Shown piece after piece: positions 35,799-48,059 of a DNA stretch of 64,000 bases. The DNA lies in assembly GCA_905178155.1 (NCBI GenBank), contig CAJINV010000009.1, positions 3,015,373 to 3,079,372 on the forward strand. Reading direction: 5' to 3'. Within the stretch, counting starts at the first letter, position 1, and each line of letters opens with the position of its first letter. Source of the stretch: Amoebophrya sp. A120. Lineage: Eukaryota > Protista > Dinoflagellata. The position numbers and the translations under genes were made by a program. The notes beneath the pieces were generated by a model. The model worked only from the letters and a program-made list of their open reading frames with translations. It searched no databases and was not told where the DNA came from.

Positions 35799-37259
35799 TC
35801 AGGAGATGACGGTTGTCGCTCTGGTCTCTTGTGGTTTGCTTGTTGCAAAGAAGCTTGCACTGTTTTCGAACCTTCTTTCGTGCGCATCGTTACCATGGTC
35901 TGAGCACAGGAGTCTTCGAGCCTTATCAAGTTTCTCAGCATTTAGTGGTGTGGAGAAATCGATGTAATACTCACTTTGCTTTTTCTGCCGTTCACGGGAC
36001 CGTGGCCGTAACTTAGCGCCATCGAGAAACGGAGGGTATAAAACCAACCACTTTCGATGTGCTATGGGCACGAGATCTTTGTCAGCAGTTTGCTTATTGT
36101 GCGCCAAAAAAGTGTCGTGATTCTCCTTGATCAGCTGGTAAGGAATGATGAAAGCACCACGCAGAACACCTTCTCCTTCCCGCGATCGCTCCTCTGCGAG
36201 GATCATTCCAACGTAGTACTTCACTACCGGCTGCAACTTCAATGTATGCACTTGCTGAAACAGATAACACTCCCCGCCCCGGCGCGAGTACGTCTTGCAC
36301 TGGTGACAGAGGCGCTGCAGGCAAGGGACGCCCGACAGCAACACGTTTCCGCGGAACACGTCTGCACCGGGACGCAGGAAATCCTGCTTCAAGCCGAGCG
36401 GGCGATACAGCGACTCGTCCAAATACTGTGCGCACAAGTTCGACATCTGATCCCGCTGGTTGTAGCACAACTGTTCCATCCACTCCTCCCTCGTCTTCCT
36501 CGGTTTTTCGTCGCACCACTGCAGCAGCGTGCGCTGCACCGACGAGAGGGTAAGATCCTCGAGCTCCGACAGAGCTAGAAGTAACCACAAGTGCTGCTGC
36601 GGTCCACGCAATCGCGGGCCTATTTCTTTGTCGTCCAGAAGACTCGCCTTGTTCTTTTGTGGGTGAATGAAGGCGTAACTCACCCCGGCCGCCGGTGCCG
36701 TCAAGTGCGAAAACTTGTAGCTCGTGGACCGGCCGTCCCTCTGGCGCTGTATCAGACCCCTCTCCGAAGTGGTCTTCAACTGCAAGGCGACCCAGTCGTC
36801 GGACACAGTGCTAGCCCCGATTTTTCTTCGGATTAAAAGCGTTGCTTTTGCACGCCGAGGTAGCTGAAAGACCTCAAAATCTTCTGAAAGTGGCTCTAAT
36901 ACGTTCGTTTCGAACCAGAATCTTCCATCGTGGGCTGTGCGATGAGAGATGCAGACGCCTCCGACGCAGCGATTGTTATGACCAACAAAGTCTCGAAACG
37001 ACGTCCAACCGCTGTCGGCGTAAATGTTGGAAGGGTGCGACGGAATGAAAGCCGGGCGATCACCGTCTCGGCACCACGATTTCCACGCCAAGATGGATTT
37101 CACGTTGGGCCACTCGCGTTGCATGTAATCCCGCGCGGCTTCGAAATTTAGGAACTTGGACCCTCGCCCCCGTCCGGCGCTCGCTCGTGGTACAAGGGAA
37201 GTCACTGTGGACAAGGAAGCCGAAGAGCAGGAGCGGAAGGACGACGTCGATAGTGACAT
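35799..37259 (-). CDS. Intronless 486-aa protein: Ser/Arg-rich leader, integrase-repeat-like unit, PD-(D/E)XK-like segment; paralogue of 48725-50524
   Basis: FLNFEAARDYM...RPAFIPSHPSNIYADSGWTSFRDFVG; LPRRAKATLLIRRK...WVALQLKT; aligns by eye with the other copy. Confidence 0.75.
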   Translation of the reverse strand: MSLSTSSFRSCSSASLSTVTSLVPRASAGRGRGSKFLNFEAARDYMQREWPNVKSILAWKSWCRDGDRPAFIPSHPSNIYADSGWTSFRDFVGHNNRCVGGVCISHRTAHDGRFWFETNVLEPLSEDFEVFQLPRRAKATLLIRRKIGASTVSDDWVALQLKTTSERGLIQRQRDGRSTSYKFSHLTAPAAGVSYAFIHPQKNKASLLDDKEIGPRLRGPQQHLWLLLALSELEDLTLSSVQRTLLQWCDEKPRKTREEWMEQLCYNQRDQMSNLCAQYLDESLYRPLGLKQDFLRPGADVFRGNVLLSGVPCLQRLCHQCKTYSRRGGECYLFQQVHTLKLQPVVKYYVGMILAEERSREGEGVLRGAFIIPYQLIKENHDTFLAHNKQTADKDLVPIAHRKWLVLYPPFLDGAKLRPRSRERQKKQSEYYIDFSTPLNAEKLDKARRLLCSDHGNDAHERRFENSASFFATSKPQETRATTVIS

Positions 37260-37862
37260 GATCTTTTACTCCATCAGTGAAGTAGAAGAGCCAGCTCCAA
37301 GACCCGAGCACCACATGTGGGTGGCGGGACAACCCCCATTGCAGCTGCAGCGCAACTAGACGATCGCAAAGTCGGCGACGTGAGACGCATGTTCTGACTT
37401 TCTTTCCGTACCTCTCGTTCTCTCACAGCTCGATCGCCCTTCTTTTTTCCACAACTAGAATTACGCAAACCACTCTCTAGGTATAGCTGTAGGTCGTTTC
37501 ACATCACAGAATCCTCTTCCTCCTATCTCAGCCTCATAATTTGTCGCGAAGCTAGAATCTTGTTCAGGGCTTCTAGCGATTTCACTCCCTTCAGAACACA
37601 GCATCGCCACAGCGAAACTCTAACCGCCCGACCGAAGAGAACAGTGACTTCTGGGAATGCGGGGTCTTCAGAAAAGATTTACACTTGCAGCAAATTTTTG
37701 TGTTTCACAGTTTGTACATCTAACTCCAATTTAATTAATCTCCAGGTCGTGGAAAACATACAAGGAGAATGGTCAAGACCAAAGGTGAAACCGAAGACAT
37801 ATCTTTCTAGCAGTAGTTGTACTAGTTCAGCATTGAAAATTTTTTTCGCGTTTTATCAAGTC

Positions 37863-40800
37863 TCACGCAGGTGTTGAAAACTCGTCGCTTTTTCTGCTGG
37901 TGCTGTTCCTGGGAAGACCAACATGCTTTGCATTGTTTGTTTCCACAAGCTCGTGGTCGTGTAGTTGTTGCCCTGGCTCCTGCGCCTCCCCCCTTGCCGG
38001 CACACTTCTTGCATCCGCTTCACTTTCCCGCCCCGCAGGGATGAGGCGCTCCGGGTAGTCATTTTTCAGAGGGGAAGAAGAATCACGGTGATGACCTTCC
38101 TCCTGTTCGCGCCCCCGGGACGTAGAGCTACTGCCCTTTTGTCGTGCCTCCCCTACTTGTTCTTCCTATCAAAGGGAAAAATCCCCCCTCCCCATATCGA
38201 AACGAAGTTTCTGATTTTGGATGGCTAAGGGCTGGGCGTCCCTGTCTAAACTATGCCTAAAAAACTTAAACCACATACCCGGTAAACTCTAGTAGGATTA
38301 TTTGGACGATGTGATTTCTACCGAAAGACAGCAACAACAGCTCCTGGGAAGGCGGCGTAGTGAGTTGTGTTGTTATCTGGGTAGAAATAACTTCGTACAA
38401 ATGTGCCCACTAGCACCGAGGGATCAAAGAAAGTATAGAAAGGAGTACTATCAAAAAACAAGTTCTAATTCCACTATATCTAAAAACGCCCTAAAGCTGG
38501 TACCATCACACTGGTTCAACTGAAAGACCAAGTTTCTGATGCTGGATCTGCGTACACAAATCAGGTCTGTCTTGCTGGAGAGGACTGCAGGCATATGCCA
38601 AGCCTGGGTCGCGAGGTTTTGACGTAGGGGACTAGCATGACAGATATCGGCTCTGTAAGCCCAACAGCATCACAAACCGCCGGCATAATGCGGCGGACTC
38701 TCTGGCTTTGCCTTCTTGCAAGACAGACAGGATTTGTGACCTCAAATCTGCATCACAAATTTTCTGACGAATGCGTTTTCAATATGGGGAGGGGGGATTT
38801 TTCCTCTCAATACTTCCGGTTCGGAATTCACTAGAAAACCACCCTTGGCCACGGTGATGACCTTCCTCCTGTTCGCGCCCCCGGGACGTAGAGCTACTGC
38901 CCTTTTGTCGTGCCTCCCCTACTTGTTCTTCCTATCAAAGGGAAAAATCCCCCCTCCCCATATCGAAACGAAGTTTCTGATTTTGGATGGCTAAGGGCTG
39001 GGCGTCCCTGTCTAAACTATGCCTAAAAAACTTAAACCACATACCCGGTAAACTCTAGTAGGATTATTTGGACGATGTGATTTCTACCGAAAGACAGCAA
39101 CAACAGCTCCTGGGAAGGCGGCGTAGTGAGTTGTGTTGTTATCTGGGTAGAAATAACTTCGTACAAATGTGCCCACTAGCACCGAGGGATCAAAGAAAGT
39201 ATAGAAAGGAGTACTATCAAAAAACAAGTTCTAATTCCACTATATCTAAAAACGCCCTAAAGCTGGTACCATCACACTGGTTCAACTGAAAGACCAAGTT
39301 TCTGATGCTGGATCTGCGTACACAAATCAGGTCTGTCTTGCTGGAGAGGACTGCAGGCATATGCCAAGCCTGGGTCGCGAGGTTTTGACGTAGGGGACTA
39401 GCATGACAGATATCGGCTCTGTAAGCCCAACAGCATCACAAACCGCCGGCATAATGCGGCGGACTCTCTGGCTTTGCCTTCTTGCAAGACAGACAGGATT
39501 TGTGACCTCAAATCTGCATCACAAATTTTCTGACGAATGCGTTTTCAATATGGGGAGGGGGGATTTTTCCTCTCAATACTTCCGGTTCGGAATTCACTAG
39601 AAAACCACCCTTGGCCACGGTGATGACCTTCCTCCTGTTCGCGCCCCCGGGACGTAGAGCTACTGCCCTTTTGTCGTGCCTCCCCTACTTGTTCTTCCTA
39701 TCAAAGGGAAAAATCCCCCCTCCCCATATCGAAACGAAGTTTCTGATTTTGGATGGCTAAGGGCTGGGCGTCCCTGTCTAAACTATGCCTAAAAAACTTA
39801 AACCACATACCCGGTAAACTCTAGTAGGATTATTTGGACGATGTGATTTCTACCGAAAGACAGCAACAACAGCTCCTGGGAAGGCGGCGTAGTGAGTTGT
39901 GTTGTTATCTGGGTAGAAATAACTTCGTACAAATGTGCCCACTAGCACCGAGGGATCAAAGAAAGTATAGAAAGGAGTACTATCAAAAAACAAGTTCTAA
40001 TTCCACTATATCTAAAAACGCCCTAAAGCTGGTACCATCACACTGGTTCAACTGAAAGACCAAGTTTCTGATGCTGGATCTGCGTACACAAATCAGGTCT
40101 GTCTTGCTGGAGAGGACTGCAGGCATATGCCAAGCCTGGGTCGCGAGGTTTTGACGTAGGGGACTAGCATGACAGATATCGGCTCTGTAAGCCCAACAGC
40201 ATCACAAACCGCCGGCATAATGCGGCGGACTCTCTGGCTTTGCCTTCTTGCAAGACAGACAGGATTTGTGACCTCAAATCTGCATCACAAATTTTCTGAC
40301 GAATGCGTTTTCAATATGGGGAGGGGGGATTTTTCCTCTCAATACTTCCGGTTCGGAATTCACTAGAAAACCACCCTTGGCCACGGTGATGACCTTCCTC
40401 CTGTTCGCGCCCCCGGGACGTAGAGCTACTGCCCTTTTGTCGTGCCTCCCCTACTTGTTCGTCCGGTTCGGAATTCAGTAGAAAACCACCCTTGGCATCG
40501 ATGCTAGTTGTGCCACGTCTTGAAGATGTTGAGGGGGATGTGCTGTGTGGTACAACTGGTCGCTCATGATCTCCAGCTGCATGTCGTTCTTGGTTTCCGA
40601 AGAAACTTGGTCCCCCGCTGCGGAGAAGCTGCATGTAGTTCTTGGTCCTTAGCTCCGGTTGTTCTGGGGAAGATGTTGAACCTTGTAGTTCTGCTGTGGC
40701 ACGACCTCCACGCGGCGGCGCACCAACTTCATCTTCCTTTGCTGTGGCTGTTCCGTTTGTGCTTCTTCGATTCCTTTTTTCCTTGATGATGTTCTGACCT

Positions 40801-43800
40801 CTGTGAAACAGTCCTGCCCCAGCTCCGACGGCGAGCATGGGAAGCCCGCGGACCAACTCGGAAACACCATCTTCTACCACGATCTGGGCCATTTCCTTGG
40901 TTTTCTCCCAGATGGGACGGTTGTCTTTTTCCGGATCAAAGTAGTGCTCGTAGTGCTCAACCAAACCGGGGTCGGCCTCGCTGGGCACGCTTTGGTCGCT
41001 AAGCTCGTGCATTCCGACGGTCGCACGAACGTCCGTCGTGGTCGTTGAGTCCAATTTCTCCGACAAGCGCTGCCAGGTTTCCGGCGTCCCCGCCCAAGCA
41101 TAATGAAAAATCGTCGGTGTTTTTTCCCAATCGCAAACCACTATGCATTGCAAATATGTCTGGGTCTGGAAACTTGTAATGCTAAGAGTGAACGATAGAC
41201 GCACTGCAATACGCAGCTATGCATGACAATTTTTTTGGCTGCCATGTGTTACGTATTCCGCATGGCAAGCTGCGTTTTTGCATGACATCTAAGAGGGCCT
41301 TTTCGTGCCTATGCAGCACAGATTCTCGACAAACTTGCAATCTTCCAGACCCAGACATGTTTGCAATCCATAACCACATCGACTCCGTGGTTGTGGTCAT
41401 TGCCTTCCTCATATCGAAAGGAAAAATCCCCCCTCCCCATATCGAAAACGAAATTTGTGATGCTGTATTTGAGGTCACAAATCGACTTGTCATGCTAGAA
41501 GGCCAAGAGCCGCAGTCGTGGCCTCGTTTGCAGGCAATTTGTCATGCTGTTTCCCACTCTCAGCTGCCTCCTATCATGCTGAAGATGCAAGGCTTCCCCA
41601 CGCCACCCAGCACTACAGTCCGCATCTTTTCCCGTGTAGCATGACAAAGCTGATTTGTGACAACAAATCTGCATCGCAGATTTCCGTTTTGATATGGGGA
41701 AGGGGGATTTTTCCTTTTGATACCTCACACCCCGCGTCGAAACCCGCGGCATTGCTGGCAAATATGTCTTGGGCTGGAAGATTCTGAGCCTTGTCATGCA
41801 CGTTCTGCATGAGCCATGACGTCTGTGATGCATGCCCTAGCATCACTCATTTTTTGAGGGCTTGTTGATGCCTATTCCGCATAAGAAATGCCCTCTGCTC
41901 CACGTAGCAAAAATTACATTCCCTTTGCTGCTTATGCAATACAGATTTTTTTGGAACCCACACGCAGCATCACAAGTTGCATTCTTCCAGACCCAGACAT
42001 ATTTGCACTTGATACGCGGCCAGGTGCTGCAACTCCTCCCACCCCACTTCCGTTCCTTCGTATCCTGAGTGAAAACGTCCCCACGCCATAGTCATCAAGA
42101 TGGGGATTTCGCAACACAAACCTGGAAGTTTTGGGAGTCACGCATGACAAGTTGCAATCCGTAGCGTAGTGCAGGTTACAAAGGAGAGCAGCATGACAAA
42201 TCCATCTGCTTATTCTGTTTACAGCATTACAGATTCCAAAACACGACGGAAAGTCCCTCTCGTGGGCATGCGCATTACAAATGTTTCTGCAATTGCAAAT
42301 CTGCATCAAAACTATGGGGTGGGAACGTTTTCACTCAGGATACTTCGCGAGGACTCTTTGCCAGCAGAATGGCCTCCCAATTTCGTTGAAAGGTTTTTGT
42401 GAACTCCGCTTCCGCCTCCTTGTCGCCGGCGATATGCATTGCAAATATGTCTGGGTTTGGATGAGTGCAGAAGGGTGTCTCATGCATCTTACGCAACTGG
42501 TCCCGATCCCGAATGCATGCAAAAGCAGTACAGGTTCTGCGCAGGCCTCTTGATATCTATCCTGCATGAAAAGTTTCCTACTTGCGTAGCAAGAAATTGG
42601 CAGGTTGTTTTGGCGCTCATGCAATGCTAATTTTTGCTTCTATTCAGAATCCGCATGACAACTTTCCAGATCCAAACATATTTGCAGTTGATAAGCGACG
42701 TGGTGTTTCCACACTTCGGCAACAGCGTCGACCTCGGCCGCGCTGTCCACCTCGGCTTATGACAGTGCACAACTCCCCTCATTTGAATGGCATGAGCAGC
42801 AACACAAGCAACGCCAGAAATGTGGCTTCCGCTGCATGACAAATCTGCAGACGGATTATATGTAGTACCGTTTGAGGCTCCAAAATTTGTCATGCTAACT
42901 GTGCTTGGAGGCAAGAGCAAGACGTGGATTTGGTATTTCGCATTACAAATGAGGGACGAGAGCACGGGGAGTTCTTGTGCATTCTCATACGGCTCCCAGA
43001 TTCGCAATGACGTGCTTTGACGAAGATGATATCAAAAGGAAAAATCCCCCCTCCCCATATCAAAACGAAACTTCTGATGCTGGATTTGAGTACACAAATC
43101 AGCTTTGTACTGCAGGAAAGCATTGCAGTCAGGTCCCCAGGCTAGGTAGGGGCGTATGCGTCTAGCTGTTCAGCATGGCAAGCGGCTCCCCTTTAGGCCC
43201 AACAGCATGACAAATCGCCTCCATAATGGGGCGGAAGCTTCTGCCCTTGCCTTCTTGCAAAACAAAATTGATTTGCGACCTCAAATCAGCAACACAAATT
43301 TTCGGAAGCATGCCTTTTCAATATGGGGAGGGGGGATTTTTCCTCTCAATAGATGAAATTTCCGTGCTACTGGCCGCGGTTTCTTGCATATCCCAAGAAA
43401 AAAGTGTATACAGTTACACACCTGTTGTCAATGCAGCAACACAAATTTCTCTGCATGAGAGAGAAAACTTGCAATGCAGAAATCCTACGGGAAATAAACA
43501 CGTGTGAAAGATGAACGAAGCTCCGATGCTACTTATCCGGCATGACAGAGCTTGCCTGTCTTGCTTGGCCTGCAACAAAATGTGTAAGTAACTGTAACAC
43601 TTTTTTGCTGCGATACTGCAGGGCGTCGAGAAAAGCCCGACTTTCGCCCCCGTTGACCCCCGGGGTCCCGAAGGTTCTGCCCGTCACCGTGTGTTCCGTC
43701 AGCCACTGCTGTAAACTTTTCGGAGTGCTTATCCTGAGTAAAAACGTACCCACACCAGAGTCAGAATGGGGATTTTGCAGCACAAACCTAGGAGTTTTGT

Positions 43801-46800
43801 GAGTCACGCATGACAAGTTGCGCGATGCAGTGTAGTGCAGGTTAGCAAGTGCAGCCGCATCACAGATTCATCTGCTCATCCTGTTCACAGCATCACAAAT
43901 TCCAAAACACGATTGGAAATGGCTCTCATGGGAATGCGCATTACAAGTCTTCCTGTCTTTGCAAATCTGCATTACAACTCTGGTGTGGGTACGTTTTTAC
44001 TCAGGATAGTGCTGTCAGCGTTAACCCATGCGGGCTGCGGGGCATAGCCGAAGTTGGTTTGGTGCCGCACCGAGAAGTGCTCCGCCTCCGCCCCCTCGTG
44101 GCCTACTGCCCACCACGAGGATATCGTACGAAAAAAGTGCTTCACTGTAAAAGCATTTTGCATGTTTTGCATCACAAGTTTGCTCTACATTACAGAGAAA
44201 ATTTGCCATGCGAGATTCCTGCTAAGGGAAAACACAGCTAAAAATCCACTGTCTTGCATGTGTAGCAAGGCAACCACTTCTCGGATGCATTTCCTGCATT
44301 ACAAGTTGACAGTGAAACAGTTTTTTCTTGCGATAGAGGACACCCTTTGCCCAATGCTCTCGGCATTCTCGGCGTCATGCTCGAAATTGTACCTTCCGAG
44401 GTCTTATCAAATGCAAAAGTGTCTGGGTCTGGAAGATTCCAAGCTTTGTCATGCAGTTTTTCCAAGCTCCACCAGGTCTGGAATGCAGGGCCTAGCATCA
44501 CAGGCTCTGCAGCCCCTTCGTGATGCCTATTCTGCATGAGAAATGCCCTCTCAGCATGGCCAGAAATGGGGACCTTTTGCAAGTCATGCAACACAGATTG
44601 TTGCATCATCCGCAACACGCATCACAAGTTCGCATCCTTCCAGACCCAGACATTTTTGCAGGTGATAGGTCTTCGGCGGTGATGTAATTGTCCGGCAACT
44701 GGTCTGCTCCGCCCGCCATCCACGATCCGACCCCATGAAGCGACCAGGGATCATCGCGACCGCGAACGGCATGCCAGATCCTATTGTGAGGAAAAATCCC
44801 CCCTCCCCATACCAAAACGGAAAACTTCTAAAAATTTGCGATGCTGATTTGAGGCCACAAATCGTCTCTGTATTGCAAGAAGGCAAATCCAAAAACCTGG
44901 CCGCGTGCAGCAGGCGATTTGTAATGCTGTAGGGCCTAGGGAGGACATGCCTACCTTGCTAGGCCCCTACACCAAAACGCCCCTACTCCGGCTTTGTATC
45001 TGTCTGCAGTTCTCTACTGCAATCCGATTTGTGTACACAAATCCCAAATCACAGATTTCCATTTCGATATGGGGAGGGGGGATTTTTCCTTTTGATAGAT
45101 CCCCTTCGGCCCGGGCCACTCCTCCTGGGTTATTTTTCCGTCGGCGACCGCGGCTGGGATCGTCGCCGCCAGGTCGTCCCAAGAGAGAACATCCTTGCCA
45201 TCCATGTCGCTAGCGGCCATCGCGTGGCGAAGCCAAACCCACTGCATATCGGTTCTGAACCGGTCGTAAGATTCCTCCGCGGTGGATCCTGAGTGGGTGA
45301 GCAAAAGTCCAACCTGGCCGGTCAGTTCCTTTGGGTCCTTCAGGTCGTGCACGACGTGGGCGCCATGCGTGCGATGCTCCACCAGCTCTTCGATCGTGCC
45401 CAGCGTGGATGGGTGAAACGATGCCGGGTCCAGGTACCCCTCGCTCGTCATGTGGTCTCTCATGTCAAACTTTTCTCCGCCGTGCGTAGCGTCCTCCATC
45501 TTCATCAGGTCGCCAAGTACGCCCTGTTATGGATTGCAAACATGTCTGGGTCTGGAAGAGTACAAACTTGTGATGCGCATTTCAGAAAACAGAAAAATCT
45601 ATCACGCATAGGCAGCAAAAGCTGCCCACTTTCTGTCACCAGGATGGGGGATTTCTCATGCGGATTCGGCATTGCGGAAGCTTCTCGAAGCCTGTGATGC
45701 TAGAGCTTCCATGCCAGACCTTCTGTGTCATGTTGGGAAGCTAAGGGCTGGGCGTCCCTGTCGTTCTCTAAACCTTAAAACGGTAACCACTTACTCGACA
45801 AACTCTAGGTAGAATAAGTTTGGACAAAGTGATCACTACCGAGAGACAACAACAAAAGATAGCTCCTGGGACGGCTGCGGCGTGAGCATTTGTTGCTATC
45901 TGGGTAGGGATAACGTTGTATGCAAACCTAAGCACCAGCGTCAAGGGAGAAAAGAAAAGTAAAAAAGCGGTAAATCATCCTACTATGACACAGTCCCAAC
46001 TACGAAAGAAACCATCTGTAAGAGGGGCCAGACCTTCTGTGTCATGCAAAAACAGCACGACTCTTCCAGACCCAGACTCACTTTTGCATTTGATACCTGT
46101 AAAGGAGCATCAACTTCTCCACTGTGGTCCACGTCACCCGTCAAGTAGTCCTGGTTCTCCAACAACCACCCTTGCATGTGCTCTGCCGCTATCAAATGCA
46201 AATACGTCTGGTTCTGGAAACTTGTGATGCTAAAACAACCGCGCCGACATTGCCATTGTCCATTATCGCTGGGGAGGCAAGCCAGTGAGCAAGTCAGTGA
46301 GCAATAAGTGAACTGTATTAATGCGCAGCCAAGTATGAAGACAAGTTTTTTTCGTGCTTCTGTGCTGCGCATTCCGCATGAGAAATTGCGTTTTTGCATG
46401 ACATGCGAGAGAGGCTGTTCCGATGGCCTCACGCAATACACAATGCAAAGTCATGCCAGACTAGCATGACAAGTCTTGCAATCTTCCAGAGCCAGACATG
46501 TTTGCATTTGATAGCCGCTACTGCCACGGCCCCAGTGACGTGGCCGACGTCGACGAATTTGTTGAGGAAGCTGCTCTATCAAATGCAAAAGTGTCTGGGT
46601 CTGGAAGAATGCAACTTGTCATGCTGCATTTGGATTCCAGAAAAATCTGTATTGCATGAGTACCAAAAGGAATGCAATTTTTGCTACGCGGAGAGGGCAT
46701 TTGTCATGCGGAATAGGCATCAAGAAGCTCTGAAAAAATCTGTGATGCTAGGGCATGCATCACAGACATCAGGGCTCATGCAAAACGTGCATGACAAGTG

Positions 46801-48059
46801 TCAGAATGTTCCAGAGGACCCAGACATTTTTACAGTTGATATGCTCACAACCTCGTGCCAGAAGCCTGTACGTGGTTGTACTGCTTCTCTTGATGTTCTT
46901 ATCCTGAGTAAAAACGTACTCACACCAGAGTCAGGATGGGGATTTTGCAACACAAACCTAGGAGTTTTAGGAGTCACGCATGACAAGTCTCAGTCCGTAC
47001 GGTAGTGCAAGTTAGCAAGGAAAGCCGCATCACAAATCGACCTTCTGATCCTGTTTACAGCATTACAAGTTCCCAAACACGATTGAAAATGCCTGTCATG
47101 GGGTTGCGCATCACAAATGTTCCTGTCATGGCAAATCTGCATGACAACTCTGGGGTGGGGACGTTTTTACACAGGATAGTTCTTGTGCCGGAACTACTTA
47201 TACTGCTCCGCGGCGCTGGTCGTCCGTCGCCAAATTTAGTACTTTCGCTCCCTCCGTCCACCTTCTCGCCGGTCGGGCTAAGCCGCCGCGCCGTAGTTCG
47301 CCCCTGCTCCTTGAAGATGTTCAAAACGGAGCTTGTTGCGGCGCCGTGTTTCGTGGTGCGTGGTTCATCTGCCGCTGGAACGACGCCGCGGGTGTCGTGC
47401 TGCGCAAGAGTGGGAACCACATCACCGCGAGGGGCGCCGGTATTCTGTTCTGATTGTGATTCTGTGGTCCTCATCCGGATCAAAATAAACCCGCCGCGCA
47501 GCCGCGTGTTTAGAACTGTTCCGTCGCGGGCCCCGCCCTGAGGCTTTCGCTCCTCGTGCAGCAGCTGCTGCTGCCCTGCTCCGTCGTCCCGGCTAGAAGT
47601 CCTCGACGACGACACGTCGTGGTCTACTTCCGGCTGAAATTCCTTTTCCTGTCGACCAGATAATGCGTCCACATCAACTGCTGAGCAGAAACACAACAAG
47701 GCGAGATGAATATCAAAATCAAATGTAAAAATGTCTGGGTCTGGATGATTGCAACTTGTCATGCTAAATCTGAATCAGGCAAAAAACTGTGTTGCATGAT
47801 TGCCAAAAGTTGTGCACTTCTGACCTGATCGAGAGGCAGTTTCTCATGGAGGGTAGGCATTAGAAAAGTCTCGCAGAATCTGCCATGCTATGTCCTACAT
47901 ACCAGACCTCATGGGTCATAGAAAACCTGCATGACAAATCTGGCAATCTTCCAGACCCAGACATTTTTGCAATCCATAATGAAACAGTGGAAGCAACACC
48001 ACCGCCAAGCTTTTGGACGTCGGCCCTGGATGATGAACTCGTGGTGTCCAAAACATCAT
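37863..48059 (-). CDS. Secreted/membrane protein with EF-hand-like motifs (gene 6); 17 introners plus a 3' tandem duplication
   Basis: MMFWTPRV...LAVVLLPLFHLALLCFCSA signal peptide; junctions 48059-40345 in frame; DMDGKDVLSWDD and DVDHSGEVD motifs. The 3' end is confused by the 766-bp repeat. Confidence 0.78.
38167..38812. mobile_element. Introner, family C, with nested SINE-like insert (repeated at 38933-39578 and 39699-40344)
   Basis: TIRs, TSD CTTCC; empty site at 40460-40464. Confidence 0.92.
38216..38529 (-). mobile_element. SINE-like structured retro-insert, copy 1 (also at +766 and +1532)
   Basis: 11-bp TSD AAGTTTCTGAT; homologous to 45733-46026. Confidence 0.75.
41142..41372. mobile_element. 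Introner, family A
   Basis: TIRs, TSD ACCAC. Confidence 0.9.
41412..41722. mobile_element. Introner, family C
   Basis: TIRs, TSD CCTCA. Confidence 0.92.
41750..42014. mobile_element. Introner, family A
   Basis: TIRs (left end CAT), TSD CGCGG. Confidence 0.86.
42061..42342. mobile_element. Introner, family B
   Basis: TIRs, TSD CTTCG. Confidence 0.92.
42433..42693. mobile_element. Introner, family A
   Basis: TIRs, TSD GGCGA/AGCGA. Confidence 0.87.
42758..42989. mobile_element. Introner, family I
   Basis: TATGACAGTGCACAACTCCCC...GGGGAGTTCTTGTGCATTCTCATA, TSD CGGCT, frame restored. Confidence 0.85.
43030..43351. mobile_element. Introner, family C
   Basis: TIRs, TSD GATGA. Confidence 0.92.
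43389..43615. mobile_element. Introner, family D
   Basis: TIRs, TSD TTGCA/CTGCA. Confidence 0.87.
43730..44008. mobile_element. Introner, family B
   Basis: TIRs, TSD GTGCT. Confidence 0.92.
44122..44335. mobile_element. Introner, family D
   Basis: TIRs, TSD GAGGA. Confidence 0.9.
44405..44667. mobile_element. Introner, family A
   Basis: TIRs, TSD GGTCT. Confidence 0.9.
44782..45097. mobile_element. Introner, family C
   Basis: TIRs, TSD GATCC. Confidence 0.9.
45528..46095. mobile_element. Introner, family A, with nested SINE-like insert
   Basis: TIRs, TSD CCTGT; sister of 2856-3122. Confidence 0.9.
45733..46026 (-). mobile_element. SINE-like structured retro-insert, copy 2
   Basis: 20-bp TSD GCCAGACCTTCTGTGTCATG; shares GCTAAGGGCTGGGCGTCCCTGTC end with 38216. 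Confidence 0.78.
46190..46513. mobile_element. Introner, family A
   Basis: TIRs, TSD GCCGC. Confidence 0.88.
46577..46841. mobile_element. Introner, family A
   Basis: TIRs, TSD TGCTC. Confidence 0.9.
46900..47178. mobile_element. Introner, family B
   Basis: TIRs, TSD GTTCT. Confidence 0.92.
47711..47978. mobile_element. Introner, family A
   Basis: TIRs, TSD ATGAA. Confidence 0.9.

Larger units (their letters stand above)
38085..40496. repeat. 766-bp tandem repeat x3 plus one 115-bp introner-free unit
   Basis: Identical ORFs at 38302, 39068 and 39834. Confidence 0.95.

Noticed and set aside
38216-38529. tRNA, snRNA or ribozyme identity for the structured insert
   Set aside because: No cloverleaf, A/B boxes or ribozyme core could be recognised by eye; left unclassified.
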